DNA of 63,012 nt from Nanobdellota archaeon. Its GTDB lineage: Archaea > Nanobdellota > Nanobdellia > Pacearchaeales > GW2011-AR1. The position numbers were made by a program, and so were the translations under genes. The notes under the pieces were generated by a model, which saw only the letters and a program-made list of their open reading frames with translations, did no database searches and was not told the origin of the DNA. This document shows, piece by piece, positions 30,112 through 41,319 of the stretch. The stretch is from assembly GCA_022561055.1 (NCBI GenBank), contig JADFRY010000005.1:1-63012 (forward strand), given 5' to 3'. Numbering within the stretch: the first letter of the stretch is position 1; the number at the start of each line of letters is the position of its first letter.

Positions 30112-30816
30112 ATGACTAAATTAACAATAGGAATACCAGTTAAGAATGATTTAGAATGTTTACAAGCAATGTTATTTAGTCTTAGAAGATCAACAAAAGA
30201 TTATGATAAACTAATATTCGCAGTAGGTAAAGGAACAAACAAAGAAACTGAAGATTACTTAGAAGCTATAACAGAATTTGACTTTAAAGATGAAGATATA
30301 TTATATGAGTTATCGGAAGAAAGATTTAATACTCCATTAGATGCATATAATTATTTATTCAAAAGAGCAAAAGAAGAAAAGTCTGATTTATTCGTTACTC
30401 AAACAGATGTATTATTTCCAAAGTTATATAAACGCGATTGGCTTAGTTATATGAAAGAAGTTGCACAAAGTCCAGAAGTAGGAGCAGTCACTTGTATAAA
30501 CGGAACAGGTATAAGTGGACCAGATTATGTTAACGGATTTGAGTGGTTAGGAGGTTGGTGTACTTATTATCCACTTCGAACATTAGAAAAAATAGGTGAA
30601 TATGATAAAAACTTTCCAAATGGTTATGGTGTAGATATAGATCATTCATATAGAATTATCAAAAGTGGGTTGAAAATAATAAAAGTAAACTATTGGGTTG
30701 ATCATCATATGATGAATGAAAGAGAACATGATAAAAATCCAAATACAGAACAAATGAAAAAAGAATCAAGTGAATATTTTAAGAAAAAATGGAACATAGG
30801 AGGAATTAAAAAATGA
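30112..30816 (+). CDS. Glycosyltransferase family 2-like
   Basis: IGIPVKN, QTDV, YD..F..GYGVDIDHS. Confidence 0.7.
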   Translation: MTKLTIGIPVKNDLECLQAMLFSLRRSTKDYDKLIFAVGKGTNKETEDYLEAITEFDFKDEDILYELSEERFNTPLDAYNYLFKRAKEEKSDLFVTQTDVLFPKLYKRDWLSYMKEVAQSPEVGAVTCINGTGISGPDYVNGFEWLGGWCTYYPLRTLEKIGEYDKNFPNGYGVDIDHSYRIIKSGLKIIKVNYWVDHHMMNEREHDKNPNTEQMKKESSEYFKKKWNIGGIKK

Positions 30817-31244
30817 GTTTAGGAGGGTTTTTAAATACGATAATATCTGGGGATATGAGGTTTAGAGATGATGTTTTCAATGATGAGTTTAAAGGAATAA
30901 TTATTGACACTGTATTAACCTCAGATACTGGAAAATGGGAAACTGGCATTAAAAGAAAGAATATAGAAGGAGAATGGATTATTGTAGAAATGTATGAAAA
31001 TAGAGAAGAGGCAAAAACAAAACATGAAGAATGGGTAAAAAGATTAAAAAAAGATCCAAAAATGAAGTTAAAAGATTGTATAACTCCAGAGGAATGGGCA
31101 TTCGGAGAATATTAAAATGAAAGAGATCAAAGGATTAACTGATAAATGTACAAATAAATTAATTTCAGACATGGAATTAATATTATCATCTGATAAAATA
31201 GAAGGAGTAGAATATATTAAAGGAGAAAAATACGTGATATTAAA

Positions 31245-32117
31245 ATGAAAGAAACAGCAGTTATGATTGCAGTACGTGATAGACCAACAGAGGTATCAAT
31301 GTTACTGCAAAGTCTAGCTTATCAGACTTATACAGATTTTGATATATTCATTAGAGATGATGCAGGAGGCACTCCTTTGACTACTTATCATTTTTATAAT
31401 TGTATATTCAACCTACTTAGAATGAAAGGATTCAGAATATATTTTAATAGAAACGAATTTGGATTAGGAGTAAGTAAGAACAGACAAAAATTAGTAGAAG
31501 ATACAAAAATAAATAAGTATAAATATTTAGCAAGAGTTGATGATGACGTTGTTTTAGAACCAGACTTCTTAGAAAGATTAATTAAGGTTATTGAAAAAGG
31601 ATACGATTTAGCAAGTGGAGTTACTCCAGTGATGGTAAGTCCAACATTTATAAGAGATTCGAATTATGTAAAAATAGGAAATCAAGTAGTTCTAGATAAT
31701 GAAGGAAACTATTTATTTAATGGAGATGATTTTGGATACAAATATACTGACGATAAAATTATTCCAGCACATCATTTTAGATCAAGTGCTTTGTATAAGG
31801 CAGAAATTCATGATAAAGTAAATTATACACCTACTAAGTTAAGTAAACATGGATTCAGAGAAGAACAGTTTTTTAGTTTTAAATGTTTAATGAATGGATA
31901 TAAAATAGGAGTAGATTTAGGGGCGATAGCTTGGCATCAAATGACACCAAGTGGTGGTGAAAGATTCCCAGATCAAAACGATTTAGTTCAATTTAATGAA
32001 AAAATATTAAGAGAATGGACAAAAGAACATAAAGATGAATTAAATAAAATATTCGGTCGACCTAAATTAACTGAACAAGAGTTAATGAAAGATACAAACT
32101 TAGCGAGGAAATTTTAA
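31245..32117 (+). CDS. Glycosyltransferase family 2
   Basis: AVRDR, IRDD, RVDDDV, REE. Confidence 0.8.
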   Translation: MKETAVMIAVRDRPTEVSMLLQSLAYQTYTDFDIFIRDDAGGTPLTTYHFYNCIFNLLRMKGFRIYFNRNEFGLGVSKNRQKLVEDTKINKYKYLARVDDDVVLEPDFLERLIKVIEKGYDLASGVTPVMVSPTFIRDSNYVKIGNQVVLDNEGNYLFNGDDFGYKYTDDKIIPAHHFRSSALYKAEIHDKVNYTPTKLSKHGFREEQFFSFKCLMNGYKIGVDLGAIAWHQMTPSGGERFPDQNDLVQFNEKILREWTKEHKDELNKIFGRPKLTEQELMKDTNLARKF

Positions 32118-32283
32118 ATGAAAATAAAATTAGAAAATATGGAAAATATAATTTTAGATATTGGTAGAGATATTACCATTATGAGATATAATGATGGATT
32201 GATGATCATGAATGTTAAAGAAGGGCAAAGTAAAGAAATTAAATGTGGAGATTTAGGAGAACCTGTACGAGAGGAAGATTAAA

Positions 32284-33360
32284 ATGATAAATATAATAGG
32301 TAATATACTTGGGACCTCAGGATATGATATTCATACAAGACAACTAGCTAATGCTCTGAATAAATATGTAGATGTTAGATTAGTTACTCAAGTACCTCCA
32401 GGAGCAGAAGGTCAACTAAGTGATAAAGAATTAGAAATGGTCAAACGAAAAGACTTTGATATAAACTTGATTATAACTAATCCTATATATTGGAGAAACT
32501 ATTTAACTGCTAAAAGAAATTGGGTATTCCTAGTTTGGGAAGGAAATAAAATTCCTAAAAGTTTTATAAATGAATGTCTTAATCTAGATATAGAATATAT
32601 ATTTGTACCAAGTACACATACGAAGAAAGCAGTAGAAAATACAGTGTGCGATTTATTTTGGGATAAATTTACAAAAGAAGAATTAATGAATAAAATTAAA
32701 GTAATTCCTCATGGAGTAAATTTAGATCTGTTTTTTTCAAAAGAAAAACCTAAAGATAAATTTAGATTCTTATGTAATAAAGGATTCAGAAATATGGAAG
32801 ATAGAGGAGGAATACAATATGCAGTTCAAGCATACTTAGAAGAATTCAGTAAGAATGATGATATTGAAATGATAGTTAAAATAAATCCAGCTTACCCTAT
32901 TGGAGATTTAAATAAATTAATCAAACAGGTTGCACCAAAGAGAAATGATTTACCTCATTTACAAATTAATGCTCAAGCATTGCCTTATGATAAAATGGTT
33001 CATTTATATAATAGTGCACATGTATTTGTTAGTCCAACAAGAGCAGACGCATTTAATTTACCAGTTGCAGAAAGCATGGCTTGTGAGCTTATGCCTCTCA
33101 CAACGAATTTTGGTGGACAAGTCGACTATGTAAATACTGATAATGGAATGTTAATAGATTATGAGTTAACAGAAATAAAACATGAAGTTACTTATGAGGG
33201 CATACGTTGGGCGACCCCAAATATATCAGATTTAAGGAAAAAAATGAGATGGTGCTATGAAAATCAAGAAGAAGTTACAATCAAAGCAAAAAAAGCTTTA
33301 AAAGACATTAAAAATTGGACATGGGACGAAACAAGCAAAAAGATTAATCAACTTATATAA
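32284..33360 (+). CDS. Glycosyltransferase family 4
   Basis: SGY, IPHGV, ADAFNLPVAESMAC. Confidence 0.88.
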   Translation: MINIIGNILGTSGYDIHTRQLANALNKYVDVRLVTQVPPGAEGQLSDKELEMVKRKDFDINLIITNPIYWRNYLTAKRNWVFLVWEGNKIPKSFINECLNLDIEYIFVPSTHTKKAVENTVCDLFWDKFTKEELMNKIKVIPHGVNLDLFFSKEKPKDKFRFLCNKGFRNMEDRGGIQYAVQAYLEEFSKNDDIEMIVKINPAYPIGDLNKLIKQVAPKRNDLPHLQINAQALPYDKMVHLYNSAHVFVSPTRADAFNLPVAESMACELMPLTTNFGGQVDYVNTDNGMLIDYELTEIKHEVTYEGIRWATPNISDLRKKMRWCYENQEEVTIKAKKALKDIKNWTWDETSKKINQLI

Positions 33361-33397
33361 ACATAAAGTATATAAAGCATTTAATCTTCTTTAACTT

Positions 33398-33982
33398 ATG
33401 AAAAGAGTAGCTTGGAACAAAGGATTAACCAAAGAAACTGATAAAAGAGTTAAAAAGAATGCAGACAGTGGAAAAGATAAAAAGAGATTATCTCACTTAG
33501 GGAAAAAACACACCGAAGAAACAAAAAAGAAAATAAGTTTATCTAATAAAAATCAGCAAAAAAGTGAAGAACATAAAAAGAAAATATCTATAACACTTAA
33601 AAGAAAGTTTAAGGAAAACAAAATCATTCCTTATTGGTTAGGGAAAAAACATAGTCAAGAAACTAAATTAAAAATAAGTCAAACTAAAAAAGAACTAGGA
33701 AGCCATAAATTAGAAAGAAACGCAAAATGGAAAGGAGGAATATCAAAAGAAGCATATGGGATTGAGTTTACTGAAGAACTTAAAGAAAGAGTTAGAAATA
33801 GAGATAAAAGAACGTGTCAGATATGTTTCAAGCCAGAAACAGAGAAGAGGTTAGATGTTCATCATATAAATGAAAATAAAAGAGATAACAACATGAAAAA
33901 TTTAATAAGTTTACATCACTATTGTCATATAATATTACATAATAAGAGGTTAAAATTTAAAAATGTCGTGGACAGATCGTAA
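33398..33982 (+). CDS. NUMOD3-HNH homing endonuclease
   Basis: GKKHTEETKKKIS repeats, RDKRTCQIC, LDVHHINE, NLISL. Confidence 0.88.
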   Translation: MKRVAWNKGLTKETDKRVKKNADSGKDKKRLSHLGKKHTEETKKKISLSNKNQQKSEEHKKKISITLKRKFKENKIIPYWLGKKHSQETKLKISQTKKELGSHKLERNAKWKGGISKEAYGIEFTEELKERVRNRDKRTCQICFKPETEKRLDVHHINENKRDNNMKNLISLHHYCHIILHNKRLKFKNVVDRS

Positions 33983-34661
33983 GTCAATTGATCATATAAA
34001 ACAATTAAGAGATATATTCAAAGTAAAGACTTTCGTAGAAACAGGAACATTTAAAGGAATAAATGTAATTACTCATTTACCTAATTTTGATATGGTATAT
34101 AGTTGTGAATCAGATGAAGAGAATTATGATTATGCAAGAAAGAAAATTCAAGACTACTGGATTAATAAAACTGAAGGAAATCCTTATATTTATAATCAAA
34201 CAAGCAAAGAATTCTTAAAATTTTTCAAAAAGTTTTACAAAGAAGCAAAAAGAAAAGATACAATTATTTTTTACTTAGATGCACATTTTTATGATCCTAA
34301 AAATAATAAAAGTAATAAAGATAGATTCGTTGTTTTACAAGAACTAAAAGCGTTAAAAGGATTTAAAAATTGTATTATAATAATTCATGACTTTGATAAC
34401 AATCTTGGACATATTACTTATGACGGCATATCCCTTGATTTCAAATTACTTGAAAAGGATTTAAATAAAGTAAACCCTAACTTTAAATTTTATACAAATG
34501 AATTAAGTAGTTGTGATATAGTAAGACCTTATGAAACAGATGATCCCGATGAAAGAGCAAATTTAGAATATGCTTGGTCTAAACCAGAGAAAACATTCAG
34601 AGGTATACTTTATTGTGTTCCTAAAAAAATAAATATAAAAGGATTAAAAGAATGGAATTAA
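33963..34661 (+). CDS. Class I SAM methyltransferase-like protein
   Basis: FVETGTFKG, FYLDAH, IIIHD. Confidence 0.65.
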   Translation: MSWTDRKSIDHIKQLRDIFKVKTFVETGTFKGINVITHLPNFDMVYSCESDEENYDYARKKIQDYWINKTEGNPYIYNQTSKEFLKFFKKFYKEAKRKDTIIFYLDAHFYDPKNNKSNKDRFVVLQELKALKGFKNCIIIIHDFDNNLGHITYDGISLDFKLLEKDLNKVNPNFKFYTNELSSCDIVRPYETDDPDERANLEYAWSKPEKTFRGILYCVPKKINIKGLKEWN

Positions 34662-35437
34662 AGTTTAAAAAAGATTTACTTGTGTCTATACCAACATTAG
34701 ATTCACCATTACAAATTGATATAAAACATAAATTAAAAGGACCAGAAAGATTAGACAGAACTCTTAAAATGTTATACGATCAATGTAAATCTAAAAATAA
34801 CTTTAATGTTCAAGTAATTATAAATGATCATCAAATAGAAATTTATAAAAAAATAACAGATAAATGGAATATTAGACCAACTATAATAAAATTTGATCAA
34901 TCATGGAAAAATTTAATAAAGGCACAAAACGATGAGATGAAAAAAGGGGATTATTATTTTTTTGTATTTTTTCCAGATGATATGTATGGTCTTTCTAAAA
35001 ACTGGGATACTCAAATTATTTCAAAGAAAAAATATTTTAAAGATGATTTATTTGTTCTTTTTTCGAAATATGATAACTGGGGCAGAAAGCCGAGTAAATT
35101 AGATGATTGTTACTTAAGTCCTAGCGATGCTTTTGATTCATTTGAACAAAATCCTGTTTGGACTTATAAATTTGGAGAATTTATTTACGAACTTTTTGAA
35201 GAATATGATCATGATAAAGGAAGAGAAATGCTTATTGCTATTATTTTACATTTACTCAATAAGAAAGGTTATAACAGACACGTTGAAAGTGATCTTAATT
35301 ACATAGAATTAGTATGTTTACAGAATAAAGGAGGAAAAGATTTTCCAAAAATAAAAAAACTAATAAAAAATAAGTGTGAAGAGTTAAATATTATAGTAGA
35401 AAATATGGTAAAATATATAAAATGGCAAGAAAACTAG
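34652..35437 (+). CDS. Putative GT-A glycosyltransferase
   Basis: VSIPT, PDD..NWD; island context. Confidence 0.45.
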   Translation: MELKFKKDLLVSIPTLDSPLQIDIKHKLKGPERLDRTLKMLYDQCKSKNNFNVQVIINDHQIEIYKKITDKWNIRPTIIKFDQSWKNLIKAQNDEMKKGDYYFFVFFPDDMYGLSKNWDTQIISKKKYFKDDLFVLFSKYDNWGRKPSKLDDCYLSPSDAFDSFEQNPVWTYKFGEFIYELFEEYDHDKGREMLIAIILHLLNKKGYNRHVESDLNYIELVCLQNKGGKDFPKIKKLIKNKCEELNIIVENMVKYIKWQEN

Positions 35438-36447
35438 CAACAATACAAAAGATTACTAGACTAACACCAATAGAAAATGCAGACAAGTTAGAAGTAGCAA
35501 GTATACTTGGTTGGAAAGTTGTAGTAAGAAAAGAAGAATTCAAAGAAGGAGATTTATGTGTTTATTGTGAAATTGATTCTATTTTACCAGACAAACCAGA
35601 ATTTGAATTTATGAGACCAAGAAAGTTTAGAATTAGAACTATTAGACTAAGAGGACAAATCAGTCAAGGAATTGCTTTTCCTATTAAATCTTTGTTACCT
35701 TTAGCAACAATTCTAGAAGAAGGAGATGATGTTACTGAAACATTAGAAATAGAAAAATACTTACCACAAATACCACAATGTTTAACTGGTGTAGTTAAAA
35801 ATACATTTCCAAGTTTTATTCCAAAAACAGACGAAACGAGAGTCCAAATTCTACAAAATCTATTAGATAGATATGTAGGAATAAAATGTTATGTTACAGA
35901 AAAAGTAGATGGAAGTTCGGCGACATATTATTTTAAAGATGAATTTGGAGTGTGTTCAAGAAACTTGGAACTATTTGAAGACGATAAAAATGCTTTCTGG
36001 AAACAAGCAAGAGAAAACAAAATAGAAGAAAAACTAAAACAAGCATTAGAAGATACCGGCTGGCATTTTGCAATACAATGTGAATTAATAGGACAAGGAA
36101 TCCAAAAAAACAATCTAAAAATAGAAGGGAATCAAATACCATGTTATAATGTTTTTAATATTGATAGATATAAATATCTTAACTATAAAGAGTTTATAGA
36201 ATTTTGTAATAAATATGAGATATTGACTGTTCCTATTTTAGAAGACAATTATATATTAGAAAATAATATTGATAACCTAATAGAAAAAGCAAGAGGTGCA
36301 AGTAAATTAAATAATAAAATTCATAGAGAAGGAATAGTTATAAGACCATTAATCGAAATAACAGATTTAGAAATGTCTACAGGAATGGGAAATGCTAGAG
36401 TTAGTTTTAAAGCAATAAATAATGATTATCTGTTGAAATATGAATGA
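35422..36447 (+). CDS. ATP-dependent RNA ligase, Rnl5/DRB0094 family
   Basis: N-terminal RKLATIQ..NAD OB domain, KTDETR, EKVDGSS, ELIG, REGIV, FKAIN. Confidence 0.92.
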   Translation: MARKLATIQKITRLTPIENADKLEVASILGWKVVVRKEEFKEGDLCVYCEIDSILPDKPEFEFMRPRKFRIRTIRLRGQISQGIAFPIKSLLPLATILEEGDDVTETLEIEKYLPQIPQCLTGVVKNTFPSFIPKTDETRVQILQNLLDRYVGIKCYVTEKVDGSSATYYFKDEFGVCSRNLELFEDDKNAFWKQARENKIEEKLKQALEDTGWHFAIQCELIGQGIQKNNLKIEGNQIPCYNVFNIDRYKYLNYKEFIEFCNKYEILTVPILEDNYILENNIDNLIEKARGASKLNNKIHREGIVIRPLIEITDLEMSTGMGNARVSFKAINNDYLLKYE

Positions 36448-36552
36448 AAAGAACTAAAAAATGTAAGGTGTGTAATAAAATATTATGGGAACAAAATAAG
36501 ACAAACTTATGCAGTTATCATTATATGCTCAATTATCGAAAGGAAAGAAGAA

Positions 36553-37170
36553 ATGGAATTAAATTTGAAAGGCAAGAAAGCCTTAATAACAGGCGGAAGT
36601 AAAGGAATAGGATTGGCTATTAGAAAGTCACTCGAAAAAGAAGGAGTAAAAGTAATTAGTTGGTCAAGATCAGATGGAATTGATTTCAATAAAGAACTCT
36701 CGCATCAACATTTAAACACTCTTAAAGAAATAGATATTCTAATTAACAATTTTGGTGGAGGAGGAACTTGGGAATGGGAGTATGTAAAAAAAGTAATGGA
36801 TAGAAATTATGGGGTGACACAATTATTAACAGGAAAATTTATAAGAAGTAAAGAAACAAACAATTATGGTAGAGTAATAACAATTAGTAGTATCTTTGGT
36901 AAAGAGAAAGGTCACAATCCAGAATTTACTGCAGCCAAGGCCGCTCAAATTGCATATATGAAGAGTCTGGCAGGTAGATGTGGTGAAATAACATTTAATA
37001 CAATTTGTCCAGGACATATAGATGTTGGTAAACCTTTTCCTGATAAACCAGAAGTAATCGGTAAACCAGAAGATGTTGCGCATTTAGTAACTTTTCTATG
37101 TAGTAATCTAGCTAATCATATAAACGGTGTGACAATATGTGTTGATGGAGGAGTAAGCCATAGTTTCTAA
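36553..37170 (+). CDS. Short-chain dehydrogenase/reductase
   Basis: TGGSKGIG, LINNFG, NTICPG, VDGG; catalytic YxxxK appears as FTAAK. Confidence 0.85.
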   Translation: MELNLKGKKALITGGSKGIGLAIRKSLEKEGVKVISWSRSDGIDFNKELSHQHLNTLKEIDILINNFGGGGTWEWEYVKKVMDRNYGVTQLLTGKFIRSKETNNYGRVITISSIFGKEKGHNPEFTAAKAAQIAYMKSLAGRCGEITFNTICPGHIDVGKPFPDKPEVIGKPEDVAHLVTFLCSNLANHINGVTICVDGGVSHSF

Positions 37171-38788
37171 AATGAATACCATTATACAAAATATAATAAG
37201 AAGATTTGCAATGAGAAAGGTTGTAAAAAAGGAAATTATAGCTAGAGCACTCTTTAATATTGGAATAGATTTAAAAGAATGTTATTGGAACCAAGATGAC
37301 GATTTAATTATTCCGGACAAACTGATACAGGATTAAAAATGGATTTAAAAAAAGAGAAATGTGAGATATGTGGAACACAAGCTACAAGCATTATACGAAC
37401 AATAATAACATGTGGAAAGTGTTTCAGTATATTAACTAGAGAGAATTCTAGACTATTCAAAAAAGATTTAGATATACCAAATGATTTAAGTTATCGGAAA
37501 AATTGTGGCTATTATCCTTGTGAAAAAAAATTCATGAGCAAGATTATGTATATAAACGGCGAGATAATCAAAGAATTTTGTAGTGATACATGTAAAGAAA
37601 AGGATAGTTTGATAAAATTAAGAAAAAATACATAGTGTATCCAAAACACGGAATATATAAACTCTGTAATATTAATTAATACATAATTAATTAATGTGAT
37701 ACAATGAAAAAAGAGAAGTTAACAAAAAAAGAGTATCAGCTGAAGTGGGCAAAAGAAAACTTAGAACATAAAAAAAATGTGTATAAAACTTACTTAGAAG
37801 TTCTCATTGAATATAATATGCCGTCAGTAGCATATTCTGCAATAAAAGTAAACAATATGTATCAGAAGGAATTATTAAGACTTATGGATGAATATAGAAA
37901 AAAAGGAAAATCATTTATGAGAACAATATTTGGATATTTTAATCATAAAAAATTAACTGAAATAGAAAAATTAGAGAATAGAGAAAAACATTATGATAAA
38001 CTCATAAAATCAGTTGAAGAAAGAATATCTATGTTTTCGTTTGATTTAAAGATGAAGATTGCTAAAGATGCAATAGAAAAACAAAACGCTTGGTTTGGAT
38101 TATTTAAATATCAAAAGGAATTAATCAAATATAAGAAAAATGGGAAAAAGCGTTGAAACAAGGGAAAGAGTAACTCAAAAATCTGCAGGAATAAGAATGA
38201 GACAATTAGAATTTATTAACTGGGCAGAAGATAATGAACCAAACTTTGATTGGAATAAATTAATTAGAGATAAACTAGACGAACAAATTAAAATATTAAA
38301 TCCAACTTTTTTAAAAAATGAACAAATTATTTGATGAATGTATAAAAGAGGCAATCAAGATAGGAAGAAAATATATGATATATTGTCCAGAAAATAAAGA
38401 TGAACCAACTAAACAAGAATGGACATTAGCTTTAGTATTACTTCAACATAGATTACTATCACAATATCATTAAAATGAAAAGAGAATTAACAAAAGAAGA
38501 ACATGAAATAAATGTAAAACAATTACTTAGACATAAAGAATTAGTAATCGAATTGGAAAAGAATATAGAATATAATAAAAGTTTAATCCAATTACAGGAA
38601 AATAAAAGAAACCATGATAATAAATTTCGAGATTATTTGAGAGAAAGAAAAACAAAAGAAGATAGTCAAATCATTAAACAAATAAATAAAGAATTAAAAA
38701 GTAGTGGAGAACATATTAAAATGCTCACAACACAATTAAAAGAAGGTGTTGAAGTGAAAAAACCAACAGGAGTATAAGGAGGTGAAGA

Positions 38789-39358
38789 ATGGAAAATATA
38801 GTAAGAGACCCAGAAAAAAAAGAAATGAGTCAAGGACCAGAATCAGAGTACGGAATAGATGTGCCTTTAATAACAAGTAAAGGTAAATTTATATCTCCTC
38901 AAGATAAATTTTCTAAAAAGATATCAGAGGAGCAATTAAAAGCATCAAAGAAAGGATTACCTTTCGCTGCAGCAGTAGCAAGAGCAGATGTAGAAGATAT
39001 TAATTCAAAACTAAAAAACCAAATAAAAAGATTAGGTTATATTAGTGAAGATTATAAATTATCTAGTATCAAGTGGGAAAAATATTCTGATTTAAAAAAC
39101 TTCGAAGTGATCGAAGAAGGGAAACAGTACGATATCAATTTGTCTAAAACAAATAGATTACCCATTCATTTGAAATGGATAAAATATAAGTTTAAAGGAT
39201 TTAGCAATCTTTATATTGTTATGGAAAATGGAGATGATGCTGTTATAAGGGCTCAGAATAAGTATGATGAATCATCAGCTAAACGATTACAAGCAGTGTT
39301 AAAGCCAGCAAAAGAGAAATCCCCTAAACCAGATAAAACAAAAGTAGATAATAAATGA
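38789..39358 (+). CDS. Hypothetical protein
   Basis: Strong GGAGGTGA RBS. Confidence 0.55.
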   Translation: MENIVRDPEKKEMSQGPESEYGIDVPLITSKGKFISPQDKFSKKISEEQLKASKKGLPFAAAVARADVEDINSKLKNQIKRLGYISEDYKLSSIKWEKYSDLKNFEVIEEGKQYDINLSKTNRLPIHLKWIKYKFKGFSNLYIVMENGDDAVIRAQNKYDESSAKRLQAVLKPAKEKSPKPDKTKVDNK

Positions 39359-39576
39359 GTTTATCTAAAAGAAAGAGAGGTTTACTAAGAGAGTATGTTA
39401 ATTATACTTGTGAGAGTTGTAAGAAACATGAGGATAAAGTAGGAGAGTTAGAACCACATAGAATTAGACCAAATGATGAAGGTGGAACATACGAACATAG
39501 AAATATAAAAATGTGTTGTAAAAAATGTCATGATATATTTAGTTCAGCTCAACGGATGGCAAGAGGTATACAATGA
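39355..39576 (+). CDS. Small HNH endonuclease (possibly packaging-associated)
   Basis: CESC, EPHRI, GG..N..CKKCH. Confidence 0.7.
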   Translation: MSLSKRKRGLLREYVNYTCESCKKHEDKVGELEPHRIRPNDEGGTYEHRNIKMCCKKCHDIFSSAQRMARGIQ

Positions 39577-39754
39577 TATGTAAATACTGTAAATATAATA
39601 AGAAGCCAATTGGAAGAGCGTTAGACGATGCTAATAAAGGAAGAAAAGTAAAAGTAAAACTTAATGCAAATGGATGGAAACATACATTTCATATAACTTT
39701 TTGTTATGAGAAATATTTAGAAGAGTTAAATATTAAGGAAAAAGGTAATACAAT

Positions 39755-40375
39755 ATGAAAGAAAGCAAACAAAAACAAGGGAAAAAGAATAAAGCAGCAG
39801 GTTCTAGATTCGAACTTAAAGTAAGAAAAGACTTAGAAAGTAAGGGATGGATTGTTTCTAAGTGGATGAATAATGTTGAGTTGGGAATTGATATAAAAGA
39901 ATCAGAAACAATTAGAGAAGATAGTAAATCAGTAAAATTTAAAATAACTCTTTTTCCTTCAAAAGGGAAACTAATACCAGCAAAACATAAATTCAGAGGA
40001 CCAGGAATACCAATGGCAATAGGAACAGGATTCCCAGATTTTATTGCTTTTAGGAGTAAAACTTATGAGGAACCTCAAGAAGATTTTATAAATATGGAAG
40101 AACCAAAAGTACCAATAAGTAGAATGGTGTTTTTAGAAAAGAAAGGAAGGGAAGTTGGAAGTCTACCACCTCCTAAAACACCGCGTCCTCCAATAGAGAT
40201 TCCTTATCAAGAAAAAGAAGTTATTGGTGTAGAAGTAAAATCTAATGGTTATTTAGATAAAATAGAAAAAGAAAAATGTAGATGGTTATTGGATAATAAT
40301 ATATTTAGTAAAATATTAATAGCAAGTAAAGGGGATAAAAGAGGAGAAATCGTTTACAAGGAGGTGACAAAATGA
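39755..40375 (+). CDS. hjc: Archaeal-type Holliday junction resolvase (PD-D/ExK) with insertions
   Basis: GSRFE..L..KGW, PDFIA, VEVKS. Confidence 0.75.
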   Translation: MKESKQKQGKKNKAAGSRFELKVRKDLESKGWIVSKWMNNVELGIDIKESETIREDSKSVKFKITLFPSKGKLIPAKHKFRGPGIPMAIGTGFPDFIAFRSKTYEEPQEDFINMEEPKVPISRMVFLEKKGREVGSLPPPKTPRPPIEIPYQEKEVIGVEVKSNGYLDKIEKEKCRWLLDNNIFSKILIASKGDKRGEIVYKEVTK

Positions 40376-40740
40376 CAGCACAAACAATAGTACAACCAAC
40401 AGGTATAGGATTTGCAGGATTATTAACAGTTTTATTCATAGCGTTAAAGCAAAATGAAAGCACAAATATGTCCAGTATGTATCGGAAAAGGGAAGATAGG
40501 ATTTGAAGAATATATTTGTCATGGGTGTTACGGTAAAGGATGGGTAGAAGTAAATGAAGAAACATATGTTCGTATAGGATTTCATGCCACTTAAAATGAA
40601 ATTTCCAAAATTAAAAGATATAAATTGGAATGAATGGGAAGAATGTTCAAGAGAGGAATATTATAATGATGAATTAAATTTTAGAGATAGCATGAGAATA
40701 CATTTATTTGAACATGAAATTTATTTAAAGAGAATTTAAA

Positions 40741-41319
40741 ATGACAATCAAAAAAGTAATAAGGGATAAAGCATTAGTAATGTTTTTAGATGGAAGAAGT
40801 GAAATAAATATAGGATTGGAACTAGATATTACTCCATTAACAATAAGAAAATGGAAAAAGAAGTATGATTGGTATGACCTTAGAGAAAAAACAGAGAAAA
40901 AAACTAACGAAAAAGTATCTAATAAGTATAGTGATATTAAAGAAAGAATAATAAAAGATCAAATTATAATAGGTGATAAAGCAAACAAAGAATTACTCAA
41001 ACGGTTAAAAGAACAAGAAGAAATCAATAAACAAATAGAAGAATATAAAAAAGACTGGATTAAGATGAATAAAGAAGAGAAACTAACAAAAGATGAAATA
41101 AAACAATACTGGGATACACTTAATACACTCCTTCAACAAAAAATGCAGAACAAAGACCTAATAAGTGTTTTAAAGCATACTATAGATGTAATCAGACCAA
41201 GAACTACTATAACCAAGAATCTAAACATGAATATTGATATAGACAGAGACCAAATAAATAAACAAGTAATACAGTTAGTTACAGATATGGAAGATGGAAT
41301 TGGATACTCAGGAAATTAA
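40741..41319 (+). CDS. Terminase small subunit
   Basis: N-terminal HTH (TIRKWKKKYDW); overlaps terL. Confidence 0.7.
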   Translation: MTIKKVIRDKALVMFLDGRSEINIGLELDITPLTIRKWKKKYDWYDLREKTEKKTNEKVSNKYSDIKERIIKDQIIIGDKANKELLKRLKEQEEINKQIEEYKKDWIKMNKEEKLTKDEIKQYWDTLNTLLQQKMQNKDLISVLKHTIDVIRPRTTITKNLNMNIDIDRDQINKQVIQLVTDMEDGIGYSGN

